Shown: piece by piece, positions 1-8,690 of the stretch
How the letters are laid out: every line of letters starts with the position of its first letter
Numbering within the stretch: the stretch's first letter is position 1
Source: Pseudomonadota bacterium
GTDB lineage: Bacteria > Pseudomonadota > Gammaproteobacteria > Burkholderiales > JBFMAC01
Assembly (NCBI GenBank): GCA_040756015.1
Contig: JBFMAC010000013.1
Span: forward strand, 6,483 to 70,482
Direction of reading: 5' to 3'
Length of the DNA: 64,000 nt
Notes under the pieces: model-generated
What the model saw: the letters and a program-made list of their open reading frames with translations, nothing else
Told to the model about the DNA's origin: nothing
The model's database searches: none
Position numbers and translations under genes: made by a program

Positions 1-372
1 CGCCTGATCGCGCTCGCGCGCGCTGCTCAGAGTGCGCAGCGATAGGCCGGCGCGGTCGAAGTCGAAGCGCCCACCCAGCATCGCGCCGACGTCGGCAACG
101 CGCTTGGCGATTTCATCCTCGCTTAGGCCGGCGGCGCCCAGCTTGAGGGCGTGCTGGGTAAGCGCGGCCAGCCCGGCCTTTTCCTTGCTGTCATAGCCAG
201 ACCCCGCAGGAAAATCGATGCTCAGGTCTATCATGGGCAGATCATGATTTTCGACGAAATACACCTGCGCCCCGGACGCCGCCTGCCAATGCTGGATCGG
301 CAGTACCGCCTGTGCGCCCGCCGCGTAAAAACCGGCGAAGACGACACATAACCAATAAATCGTACGCAGCAT
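1..372 (-). CDS. M16 (pitrilysin) family peptidase, probable non-catalytic subunit; 5' part only, runs off the window
   Basis: Manual translation from ATG at 372: MLRTIYWLCVVFAGFYAAGAQAVLPIQHWQAASGAQVYFVENHDLPMIDLSIDFPAGS...GLAALTQHAL. It has a signal peptide and lacks HxxEH; it follows the catalytic M16 gene. Confidence 0.85.
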   Translation of the reverse strand, partial: MLRTIYWLCVVFAGFYAAGAQAVLPIQHWQAASGAQVYFVENHDLPMIDLSIDFPAGSGYDSKEKAGLAALTQHALKLGAAGLSEDEIAKRVADVGAMLGGRFDFDRAGLSLRTLSSARERDQA

Positions 373-377
373 GTTCT

Positions 378-526
378 TAGAAGCCACCTCAAAATCGTAG
401 CGAGCGCAGGTCAGCTGCGGGAGGACGGAACGCACGAACCGGAGTGCGCACGACAAGTACACGAGGATTCCGAGTAACGCCCGACCACGGATCACATACG
501 CACAGCAAATTTTGAAATAGGTTCTA
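378..526. mobile_element. MITE-like ~149 bp element with degenerate terminal inverted repeats
   Basis: TAGAAGCCACCTCAAAAT (378-395) matches the reverse complement of 509-526 (TAGAACCTATTTCAAAAT) at 14/18. An inverted partial copy lies at 6158-6227. Confidence 0.65.
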
Positions 527-1915
527 GCCACCATGACGCATTCCTTTCATTGCCGGCATCGGCTTTTTCGCATCCAGCGGTTGCGGATCGAGCACGGCCA
601 CGGTGAGGCCGTCATCGTTGAAATATTTCTTCGCCACCTCGCGCACTTGGTCGGCGGTCACCTCCTGCAGCTTGCGCACCTGCAAGTCTATGCTCCGGTG
701 CGGAATGCCGGCCGCTTCCAGCATGCCGATCTGCATGGCCTGGTAAAATACCGAATCGCGCTTGAACACTTCCGCGGCAACCACCTGCGCCTTGACCCGC
801 TGCAACTCCTCTTCGGTCACACCGTCCTGGATCACCTTGTCGATCTGCGCACGGATGCCGGCTTCGAGCTCGGCCACGGTCCTGCCCTCGGAGGGAGTGC
901 CATCGAGGAAGATCATGCCGGGCCCGCGCGCCACGCTGTCGTAGCTCGCACCCACGCTGCTGGCCAGCTTCTCGTCGAGCACCAGGGCCTTGTTGAGGCG
1001 CGCTGCCGGGTTGCCGTCGAGCACACCGGTCAGCACTTCCAGCGCGTAAGGCTCCCAGTCATGCTCGGGATCGTGCAGCACTGGTGCGCGGTAACCCATC
1101 AGCAGCGCCGGCAGTTCCGCCGGCGCCTTGACCGTAATGCGCTTGATGCCGGTCTGCGCGCCTTCCAGCTGAGGCTTGCGCGTCGGCAATGGCCTGGCCT
1201 TGAGGGGGCCGTAGTAACGCTCTGCCAGGGCAAACACTTCCTTGGGTTTCACGTCGCCCGCCACCACCAGGATGGCATTGTTGGGCGCATACCAGCGCTT
1301 GTACCAGGCGCGCGCATCGTCCGCGGTCATGTGCTCGAGATCGTCCATCCAGCCGATCACCGGCCAGCGGTAGGGGCTCGCCTGCAACGCCGCTGCCATC
1401 AGCTTTTCATACATCAGGGAATGCGGCTGGTCTTCGGTGCGCAGGCGCCGCTCCTCCATCACTACCTTGATCTCCTTGGCGAACTCGCGGTCGGAAAGAT
1501 TGAGGTTGGCCATGCGGTCCGCCTCCAGCTTCATTGCCAGCGGCAGCTTGGACTTGTGCAGCTGCTGGAAGTAGGCGGTGTAATCGGTGTTGGTGAAGGC
1601 GTTTTCCTTGCCGCCTGCGGCGGCGATGATTTTCGAGAACTGCCCGGCAGGCACGCTGCGGGTGCCCTTGAACATCATGTGTTCCAGCACGTGCGCCACG
1701 CCGGTAGTACCGCTCACTTCGTCGATACTGCCAGCGCGGTACCACACCATGGAGGCCACCACCGGCGCGCGGTGATCTTCCTTGACGATGACGCGCAGAC
1801 CGTTCTTCAAGGTGTGCTCGGAAGTTTCCGTCGCCGCGCTTGCATTGCCGATGGCGAGCGCGCCGCACAGGATGAGGATGCCGCCAAAAAACATTCTTGG
1901 TTTCATATTTTCCAA
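524..1915 (-). CDS. M16 family zinc peptidase, catalytic subunit
   Basis: Signal peptide, GVAHVLEHMMFKGT (HxxEH), NAFT and EERR motifs; start codon uncertain. Confidence 0.92.
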   Translation of the reverse strand: MENMKPRMFFGGILILCGALAIGNASAATETSEHTLKNGLRVIVKEDHRAPVVASMVWYRAGSIDEVSGTTGVAHVLEHMMFKGTRSVPAGQFSKIIAAAGGKENAFTNTDYTAYFQQLHKSKLPLAMKLEADRMANLNLSDREFAKEIKVVMEERRLRTEDQPHSLMYEKLMAAALQASPYRWPVIGWMDDLEHMTADDARAWYKRWYAPNNAILVVAGDVKPKEVFALAERYYGPLKARPLPTRKPQLEGAQTGIKRITVKAPAELPALLMGYRAPVLHDPEHDWEPYALEVLTGVLDGNPAARLNKALVLDEKLASSVGASYDSVARGPGMIFLDGTPSEGRTVAELEAGIRAQIDKVIQDGVTEEELQRVKAQVVAAEVFKRDSVFYQAMQIGMLEAAGIPHRSIDLQVRKLQEVTADQVREVAKKYFNDDGLTVAVLDPQPLDAKKPMPAMKGMRHGG

Positions 1916-1992
1916 CCTAAGCCAGGGTGAGTGGAATAAAATGCCGCTAACTTTGGCCTGCCGCCAAAGCCATCTTGTGACAAGCCGCGAGT

Positions 1993-2925
1993 ATGTTTAG
2001 TTTCCTCAAATCTGACAAGCCCGCCACCTGGGGCGATCGCCTAAAACAGGGCTTGAGCCTCACCCGCGACAAGCTCGGCCTGGGCAGGCTATTCGGTGGC
2101 GGCAAGATCGACGAGGCGCTGTACGAAGAACTGGAAACGGTGCTGCTCACCAGCGACGTCGGCGTCGCCGCCACCGAAAACCTGCTTGCCGAGCTGCGCG
2201 CGCGCGTCAAGCGCGAACGCCTCACCGAGGCCAGCCAGCTCAAGCAGGCGCTGCAACAGGTGCTGTTCGAACTGCTGCAACCGCTGGCGCAGCCGCTGGA
2301 CGTTTCCGCGCAGCGCCCATTCGTCATCATGCTGGCCGGGGTCAACGGCGCCGGCAAGACCACCACCATAGGCAAGCTCGCGCATCATTTCCATAACCAG
2401 GGAAAATCGGTGCTGCTCGCCGCCGGTGATACCTTCCGCGCTGCCGCGCGCGAACAGCTTGCCGCCTGGGGCGAACGCAACGACGTCACCGTAATCGCGC
2501 AGGAAGGCGGCGACCCGGCGGCGGTGATCTTCGACGCCATCCACGCCGCGCGCGCGCGCGGTATCAACGTGGTGCTGGCCGACACCGCCGGGCGGCTGCC
2601 GACACAACTGCACCTGATGGAAGAGATCAAGAAAGTGAAACGCGTCATCGCCAAGGCCGAGCCCACTGCGCCGCACGAAGTGCTGCTGGTGCTCGACGCC
2701 AACACCGGCCAGAATGCGCTGGCGCAGGTGAAGGCCTTCGACGAGGCACTCGGCGTCACCGGCTTGGTGCTGACCAAGCTCGACGGCAGCGCCAAGGGAG
2801 GCGTGATTGCTGCCATCGCCCGTCACAAGGCCATCCCCTTGCGCTTTATCGGCGTCGGCGAGGGGCTGGACGACCTGCGCCCGTTCGACGCACAGGAATT
2901 CGTTTCCGCCTTGTTTGGGGAATGA
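1993..2925 (+). CDS. ftsY: SRP receptor FtsY (short, NG domain only)
   Basis: GVNGAGKTTT, DTFRAAA, DTAGR and TKLDGSAKGG motifs. Confidence 0.97.
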   Translation: MFSFLKSDKPATWGDRLKQGLSLTRDKLGLGRLFGGGKIDEALYEELETVLLTSDVGVAATENLLAELRARVKRERLTEASQLKQALQQVLFELLQPLAQPLDVSAQRPFVIMLAGVNGAGKTTTIGKLAHHFHNQGKSVLLAAGDTFRAAAREQLAAWGERNDVTVIAQEGGDPAAVIFDAIHAARARGINVVLADTAGRLPTQLHLMEEIKKVKRVIAKAEPTAPHEVLLVLDANTGQNALAQVKAFDEALGVTGLVLTKLDGSAKGGVIAAIARHKAIPLRFIGVGEGLDDLRPFDAQEFVSALFGE

Positions 2926-3566
2926 TCAAGCTCGACAGCGTCAGCAAACGCTACGGCGCTTTCGAGGCGCTCAAGAACGTCAGCCTGGAAATCGGCGACG
3001 GCGAGTTCGTCGTCATCGCCGGACACTCCGGCGCCGGCAAGAGCACGCTGCTCAAGCTGATCGCCGCGCTCGAGCCCGCCAGCCAGGGCAGCATCCTGGT
3101 CAACGGCCAGAACCTCGCCGCCCTACGCCCCGCCGCCCTGCCTTACCTGCGCCGCCGCTTTGGCCTGGTATTCCAGGATCACAAGCTGCTGTTCGACCGA
3201 AATGCGTTCGACAATGTCATGCTGCCGCTGGCCATCGCCGGCTTTCCGCACCGCGAAGCGGAAAAGCGCGCGCGTGCCGCGCTCGACAAGGTCGGACTGC
3301 TCGCCCGCGAGCGGGCCATGCCGGTGGCGCTGTCGGGTGGCGAGCAGCAACGCCTGTGCATCGCCCGCGCTGTGGTGAGCCGTCCCGCCTTCCTGCTCGC
3401 CGACGAACCCACCGGCAACCTCGATGCCGGCGCCGCTGCGGACATTATCGCCATCTTCCGTGCTTTCCACGAAGTTGGCGTCACGGTGGTGGTCGCCACC
3501 CATGATGCCGCGTTGTGTGCCGGTGGGCGCACGATCCGACTTGCCCACGGGGCAGTGTGTCCATGA
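2922..3566 (+). CDS. ftsE: Cell division ATP-binding protein FtsE
   Basis: GHSGAGKSTL, LSGGEQQR and ADEPTGNLD; lies between ftsY and ftsX. Confidence 0.93.
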   Translation: MIKLDSVSKRYGAFEALKNVSLEIGDGEFVVIAGHSGAGKSTLLKLIAALEPASQGSILVNGQNLAALRPAALPYLRRRFGLVFQDHKLLFDRNAFDNVMLPLAIAGFPHREAEKRARAALDKVGLLARERAMPVALSGGEQQRLCIARAVVSRPAFLLADEPTGNLDAGAAADIIAIFRAFHEVGVTVVVATHDAALCAGGRTIRLAHGAVCP

Positions 3567-4456
3567 ACACCTGGCTTGCCCAACACGCCGCCGCATTGCG
3601 CGATGCGCTCTCCCGGCTGGCAGGTGCGCCGCTCGCCGCCCTCGCCAACGTCGTGGTGATTGCCCTCGCCCTCAGCCTGCCGCTCGCCTTGTATGTCCTG
3701 ATTAACAATTTGCAGTCGCTGGCCGGCCATTTCGATCCGGTGCCGCAGATCAGCATCTTCCTGGATGTGAATGCCGATGCCGGCGCAGCCGGCGCCATCG
3801 AATCCAGACTCAAGCAGCATGCCGGTGTGGCGAACTACCGCTTCGTATCGCGCGAGCAGGCGCTCACCGACCTTGCCGGGCGCGTCCAGTTCGGCGACCT
3901 GCTTGCCGAACTGCCGCGCAACCCGCTGCCGGATGCGTTCGTGGTAACTCCAGCGCACATCGCGCCAGCAGCGCTGGAAGCACTGCGCGCGGAAGCTGCG
4001 CACTGGGACGGGGTAGCGCTGGTGCAGCTGGACAGCGCCTGGGCGCAGCGCCTCGACGCCGGCCTGCGCTTCGCGCGCCTGTCCGCCTGGCTGCTCGCCG
4101 GCCTGCTCGCCGCTGTGGTGGTGGCGGCCATTATCAATACCCTGCGCCTGCAAATCCTTACCCGCCGAGAGGAAATCGAAATAGCGCAATTGATAGGCGC
4201 GACCCGCGCCTGGCTGCGCCGCCCCCTGCTCTACTTCGGCGCGGCGCAGGGCCTGCTGGGCGGCCTGCTCGCCTGGGCGCTCGCCACCGGCGCCATCCTG
4301 CTGCTCGATCAGGCACTGGCCGACCTGTTGCGTCTGTACGCTTTGGAATTCCGCCTCGCCCCGCCCACCGTGGTCGAAGGTATCTGCGCTGCCGCCGCTG
4401 CCGCCTTGCTGGGCTGGCTGGGCGCCTGGCTTTCCGCCCTGTTGCACCTGCGCTGA
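3563..4456 (+). CDS. ftsX: Cell division permease FtsX
   Basis: NPLPDAF and NTLRLQILTRREEIEI..LIGAT motifs; ATGA overlap with ftsE. Confidence 0.93.
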   Translation: MNTWLAQHAAALRDALSRLAGAPLAALANVVVIALALSLPLALYVLINNLQSLAGHFDPVPQISIFLDVNADAGAAGAIESRLKQHAGVANYRFVSREQALTDLAGRVQFGDLLAELPRNPLPDAFVVTPAHIAPAALEALRAEAAHWDGVALVQLDSAWAQRLDAGLRFARLSAWLLAGLLAAVVVAAIINTLRLQILTRREEIEIAQLIGATRAWLRRPLLYFGAAQGLLGGLLAWALATGAILLLDQALADLLRLYALEFRLAPPTVVEGICAAAAAALLGWLGAWLSALLHLR

Positions 4457-4570
4457 CGAACCGTTCCCAGCCACCGAAAACAATGGCAATTATCTGTGCC
4501 ATGCCATAAGCTCGGCCAAAGCGGCCGTTTCAGGTGAATCCAGCATGGTTGGAATCACGAACCCCAACCG

Positions 4571-4577
4571 GGAACTT
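4571..4577 (+). promoter_or_regulatory. Possible sigma-E -35 box upstream of rpoH
   Basis: GGAACTT 70 nt upstream of the rpoH ATG; no clear matching -10. Confidence 0.4.
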
Positions 4578-4587
4578 TGCCCGGCAC

Positions 4588-4614
4588 TTGGCACTCTCAT
4601 GGCACGAGTGCTAG
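4588..4614. promoter_or_regulatory. CIRCE element (HrcA operator) upstream of rpoH
   Basis: TTGGCACTC-N9-GAGTGCTAG versus consensus TTAGCACTC-N9-GAGTGCTAA. Confidence 0.88.
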
Positions 4615-4640
4615 AATTCACTGCAAAGGAGATTCCCGCA

Positions 4641-5501
4641 ATGACTGCTGCCCTGGTCGCCACCGAAGCATTTCCGCTGCCGTCCGTAGTCGGCAGCCTG
4701 GAAAGCTACATCCAGATCGTCAACCGCTTCCCGCTGCTCAGCCAGGAGGATGAAACCCGCCTAGCGCGCAAGCTGCGCGACGACAACGATCTGGATGCAG
4801 CGCGCCAACTGGTGGTGTCGCACCTGCGCGTGGTGGTGTCGGTGGCGCGCGGCTATACGGGCTACGGGCTGCCGCAGGCCGACCTGATCCAGGAAGGCAA
4901 CATCGGCCTGATGAAGGCGGTGAAACGCTTCGACCCGGAACGCGGCGTGCGCTTGGTGTCGTTCGCGCTGCACTGGATACGCGCGGAAATCCACGAGTTC
5001 ATCCTGCGCAACTGGCGCATCGTCAAGATCGCCACCACCAAGGCGCAGCGCAAGCTGTTCTTCAACCTACGCAGCATGAAAAAAGGCTTCGCCGCGCTGG
5101 GCCGCGACGAGGTTGCGGAAGTGGCGCGCCAGCTTGGCGTCAAACCCGAGGAAGTGGTGGAAATGGAAACCCGCCTGGGCGGGCAGGATATTGCGCTTGA
5201 TCCGGCGCCGGACGAGGACGATGCCTACAGCCCGATTGCCTATCTCGCCGCCGAAGGTGCCGAGATAAGTGCCATCCTCGAGCAGGAAGAAGGCCAGCGC
5301 CTGTACGGCAACGGGCTGGAGCAGGCGCTCGCTGGCCTGGATGAACGCAGCCGCCGCATCGTCGAGGCGCGCTGGCTGCGCGAACACGATAGCGCCACTT
5401 TGCACGATCTTGCCGCCGAATTCGGCGTATCCGCCGAGCGGATCCGCCAGATCGAGCAGAAAGCCCTGCAAAAAATCAAGGCGCGGCTGTCCGCGCCCTG
5501 A
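4641..5501 (+). CDS. rpoH: RNA polymerase sigma-32 factor
   Basis: RpoH box QRKLFFNLR and DLIQEGNIGLMKAVKRFDP; AAGGAG RBS before ATG 4641. Confidence 0.97.
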   Translation: MTAALVATEAFPLPSVVGSLESYIQIVNRFPLLSQEDETRLARKLRDDNDLDAARQLVVSHLRVVVSVARGYTGYGLPQADLIQEGNIGLMKAVKRFDPERGVRLVSFALHWIRAEIHEFILRNWRIVKIATTKAQRKLFFNLRSMKKGFAALGRDEVAEVARQLGVKPEEVVEMETRLGGQDIALDPAPDEDDAYSPIAYLAAEGAEISAILEQEEGQRLYGNGLEQALAGLDERSRRIVEARWLREHDSATLHDLAAEFGVSAERIRQIEQKALQKIKARLSAP

Positions 5502-5522
5502 CCGTCCACCTGGCCAGTCCGG

Positions 5523-6140
5523 CTAATTGCCTTCCAGCAGCAGCCTGATGTCGTGGGCGAAGGCTTCCGCGCCTTGGCCGTGGCTGGCAAACAGGCGCAA
5601 CCGGCCGGTCGGGTCATACAGAAAAGTGCCGGAGGAATGGTCTATGGTGTACTTGGCTGGATCTGGGTCGGGCTGCTTGTGGTAGATCACCTTGAACTCT
5701 TCTGCGGTCTTCGCCGTCGTCGCAGCATCGCCGTACAACCCTAAAAAACCGGGATTGAAAGCCGGCACGAACTGCGCAAGCAGTTCCGGCGTGTCACGCT
5801 CCGGATCCAGGGTGATGAACAAGACCTGAACCTTGCCGGCATTGTCGCCGAGCTTCTTCAGCGCCTGCGCCAGGTCGCCCAGCGTGGTCGGACAAACATC
5901 GGGGCAGTGGGTATAGCCGAAAAACACCGCCACCACCTTGCCCTTGAAATCACTCAGGGTGCGTGTCTTGCCGTCGTGATCGGTAAGGCGGAAATCGCGC
6001 CCCATCGGCGCGCCGGTAACATTGGTCGCCTTGAACTCCGCCGGCGCCTGTTTGCCGCAGCCCGCCACGACAAACAACGCTGCAATCAGCGCCAACCCCC
6101 ATCCACGCCATTTCCAGGCCATGCACTGCCTTGTTTCCAT
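5523..6140 (-). CDS. SCO family copper chaperone (lipoprotein)
   Basis: FGYTHCPDVCP (CxxxC), distal His in IDHS, lipobox VAGC; start approximate. Confidence 0.92.
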   Translation of the reverse strand: METRQCMAWKWRGWGLALIAALFVVAGCGKQAPAEFKATNVTGAPMGRDFRLTDHDGKTRTLSDFKGKVVAVFFGYTHCPDVCPTTLGDLAQALKKLGDNAGKVQVLFITLDPERDTPELLAQFVPAFNPGFLGLYGDAATTAKTAEEFKVIYHKQPDPDPAKYTIDHSSGTFLYDPTGRLRLFASHGQGAEAFAHDIRLLLEGN

Positions 6141-6157
6141 CTTGCTTCCCCAGTTGC

Positions 6158-6227
6158 CTAAGCCTATCTCAGAATCTACTGTACGTACATGATCCGTGGT
6201 CCGGCGCTGCTCGGAACCCTCATGTAT
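6158..6227. repeat. Truncated inverted copy of the 378-526 element
   Basis: 52/64 identity, counted by hand, to the reverse complement of about 458-521. Confidence 0.8.
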
Positions 6228-6235
6228 CCCCATAC

Positions 6236-6262
6236 AAAAAAGCGCCGCGTCTTGCGCGGCGC
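6236..6262 (-). terminator. Rho-independent terminator after cyoE
   Basis: Minus strand GCGCCGCG-caaga-CGCGGCGC-TTTTTT. Confidence 0.85.
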
Positions 6263-6313
6263 CGTTCCCTTACAGGGTCCCCCTCCTGGTTTTATCCGTT
6301 TACTGTCCGCCGC

Positions 6314-7213
6314 TCACAGGTAGATGTAATGGTCGATCAGCAGCACGGCAAACAAGGCCGAGAGATAGAAGATCGAATAGCGGAACGTTTTCTTGGCCAG
6401 TTCGTCGCTGTACTGTACGTACAGGCGCACTGCGTAATACAGGAACACCGCATCCAGCACCAACGCACCGATCACGTAGTAGATGCCGTTCATGCCCGCA
6501 CCGTAGGGCATCATGGTGACGCCGATCAACACCACCGTGTAGAGCAGGATGTGCAGGCGGGTGAATTCCGGCCCGTAAAACACCGGCAGCATGGGCAGGC
6601 CGGATTTTTCATATTCCTTGACGCGATACAGCGCCAGCGACCAGAAATGCGGCGGCGTCCAGGCAAAGATGATGAGGAACAGCACCCACGCTTCCGGCGA
6701 CACCGTGTTGGTGACGGCGGCCCAACCCAACACCGGCGGCATCGCGCCGGAGGCACCGCCGATGACGATGTTCATCGGCGTGGCCGGCTTGAGGAACACG
6801 GTGTAGATCACCGCGTAGCCGACGAAGGTGGCGAAGGTCAGCCACATGGTGAGCGGGTTGACATAGGCATAGAGCAGCCACATGCCCACCACGCAGACGA
6901 TGGTGGCGAAGAAGACGGTTTGCGACGAAGTTACCTGCCCCATCGGCAAGGGGCGGCCGCGCGTGCGCGCCATCACCGCGTCGATTTTCTGTTCGATAAG
7001 GCAGTTGAACGCCGCAGCGGCGCCGGACACCAGGGCAATGCCCACCGTGCCGGCCAGGAGGATGTCGAGCGGCACCATGCCGGGTGCCGCGAGGAACATG
7101 CCGATCACTGCGGTAAAGACGATCAGCGAAATCACGCGCGGCTTGCACAGGGCCAGGAACCCCCTGATGGTGACTGCGGCTTGCTGCCAGTTCAGACTGG
7201 ATGCGGTACTCAT
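6314..7213 (-). CDS. cyoE: Heme O synthase (protoheme IX farnesyltransferase)
   Basis: [26 protein letters not shown] and WTPPHFWSL motifs. Confidence 0.97.
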   Translation of the reverse strand: MSTASSLNWQQAAVTIRGFLALCKPRVISLIVFTAVIGMFLAAPGMVPLDILLAGTVGIALVSGAAAAFNCLIEQKIDAVMARTRGRPLPMGQVTSSQTVFFATIVCVVGMWLLYAYVNPLTMWLTFATFVGYAVIYTVFLKPATPMNIVIGGASGAMPPVLGWAAVTNTVSPEAWVLFLIIFAWTPPHFWSLALYRVKEYEKSGLPMLPVFYGPEFTRLHILLYTVVLIGVTMMPYGAGMNGIYYVIGALVLDAVFLYYAVRLYVQYSDELAKKTFRYSIFYLSALFAVLLIDHYIYL

Positions 7214-7239
7214 CTCTCCCCCTTCGTTTTATCCAGGCG

Positions 7240-7863
7240 TCAGCCTATCCACGAATATTTGAGTAAATGCGTGATGTCCTTCAGGAACCCGCCCATCACC
7301 TTGGCGTCCGGATCGAGCTTCTGGCTCATCATCAGGACACCCATGGGATCGACCAAGTAAATACGGTCACTTTCGAAATTGCCGGGTTGCAGGGTGAACT
7401 GTTCCACCAGTTGCGCCACACTGTCGCGCGGCCCCACCACCACCTGCATTCCCTGATAGTCAGCCAGCTTGCCAGCCAGGTTGCCGACTTCAGCGTCATC
7501 GCGCAGGATCAGCACGCGCTGCAGGCGCGTCGCTTCCTTGTCCTGGGCCATGTGGATCTGGCGCATGGCAAACGCACCTTGCTGGCATTGCTCCGGGCAG
7601 GACGATTCGGCAAAGAAAATCATGGTCCATTTTTTGTGCAGGTCGCTGAACTTGATCTGCTTGCCATCCAGTGTCTGCAGCGGCACATCCGCTATCGGAC
7701 GTACTGGCTGCACCAGATCGGCATGATTACCCGTTGCCGCCGGGCGCCAGCCGCTGAAATAAATCGCAGCCCCCACGACAAACGGGATCGAGGTCACCAG
7801 GGCGATCATCCAGAACGTCCACATCGAATTCGGTTTCTTGGGTTGTGGTGCAACAGCGCTCAC
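7240..7863 (-). CDS. SCO-like/thioredoxin-fold membrane protein of cox clusters
   Basis: N-terminal TM helix, CPEQC, IYLVDPMG; GTG start overlaps the SURF1 stop. Confidence 0.8.
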   Translation of the reverse strand: MSAVAPQPKKPNSMWTFWMIALVTSIPFVVGAAIYFSGWRPAATGNHADLVQPVRPIADVPLQTLDGKQIKFSDLHKKWTMIFFAESSCPEQCQQGAFAMRQIHMAQDKEATRLQRVLILRDDAEVGNLAGKLADYQGMQVVVGPRDSVAQLVEQFTLQPGNFESDRIYLVDPMGVLMMSQKLDPDAKVMGGFLKDITHLLKYSWIG

Positions 7864-8621
7864 GATTGGTGAAACTCCTTGTCTTTTCCAGCACCGGTTT
7901 TCTTCAGGCTCAATGCCACATAAATCACGAACAGCGTGAACGCCATGGCGAACCATTGGATCGAATAACCGATATTCTTTTTCACCTGCGTCGTCGGCTT
8001 GCGCCATTCGCGCACAAAACCGCCGGCGGGGCTGTCGGGATCCAATTGTATCACTATCGGCTGCACAGGGAACGGCACCGCGTCGGAAAATCGCTTCATT
8101 TCGACCGCCTGCCAGATAGTTTCCCAAGCGGCGCCGATCGGGTCCTGCTCCTTCAACAGATAAGTTTTCCTCGGCACCTGTGCGTAGCCAATAACTTCAA
8201 CCGGCCCCGGCGGAGTATCGATCTGCGGCAAGACGCTACGATCCGGCCCCAGTTTGATCCAGCCGCGGTTGACCAGGATGCGCGTTTCGCTGCCCTCGAT
8301 ATGCAACGGGGTAATGACATGGAACCCCGGCTGCGGGCTGATGTCGCCGTAAAGCTGGTTGTCGAGCAGAAATTGATACTGGGTTTCATAGCGGCCACGC
8401 ACGCTGACCTTGCGCCCGTCCACTGCCTGGCCATCGACCGGATCCCCGCTGATCGGGATAGGAGGCTGTTTCCCCCTGAGCTCGAGGAATTCCTCCACAG
8501 CCCGATTTTTTTCAGCACGCTGCCACTGCCACAGGCCCAGCATCACCATGGTGATGCATGCCACCAGCATGCCCAACGTGGCAAGCCACGACGGCTGGAA
8601 ACGATAACCCTTGATCTGCAT
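7860..8621 (-). CDS. SURF1 family oxidase assembly protein
   Basis: LGLWQWQRAEK, ILVNRGW and GYSIQWF motifs. Confidence 0.93.
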   Translation of the reverse strand: MQIKGYRFQPSWLATLGMLVACITMVMLGLWQWQRAEKNRAVEEFLELRGKQPPIPISGDPVDGQAVDGRKVSVRGRYETQYQFLLDNQLYGDISPQPGFHVITPLHIEGSETRILVNRGWIKLGPDRSVLPQIDTPPGPVEVIGYAQVPRKTYLLKEQDPIGAAWETIWQAVEMKRFSDAVPFPVQPIVIQLDPDSPAGGFVREWRKPTTQVKKNIGYSIQWFAMAFTLFVIYVALSLKKTGAGKDKEFHQS

Positions 8622-8642
8622 CTTAGCTTGCCGCCCAAAAAG

Positions 8643-8668
8643 CAAAACGCGGCCTATGCCGCGCTTTG
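8643..8668 (-). terminator. Probable terminator hairpin after coxC
   Basis: Minus strand CAAAGCGCGGC-atag-GCCGCGTTTTG followed by CTTTT. Confidence 0.6.
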
Positions 8669-8690
8669 CCTTGTTTCAATGACAACCGAA

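Noticed and set aside
1993-2925. FtsY lacking the acidic N-terminal domain
   Set aside because: Short FtsY proteins are common and functional.
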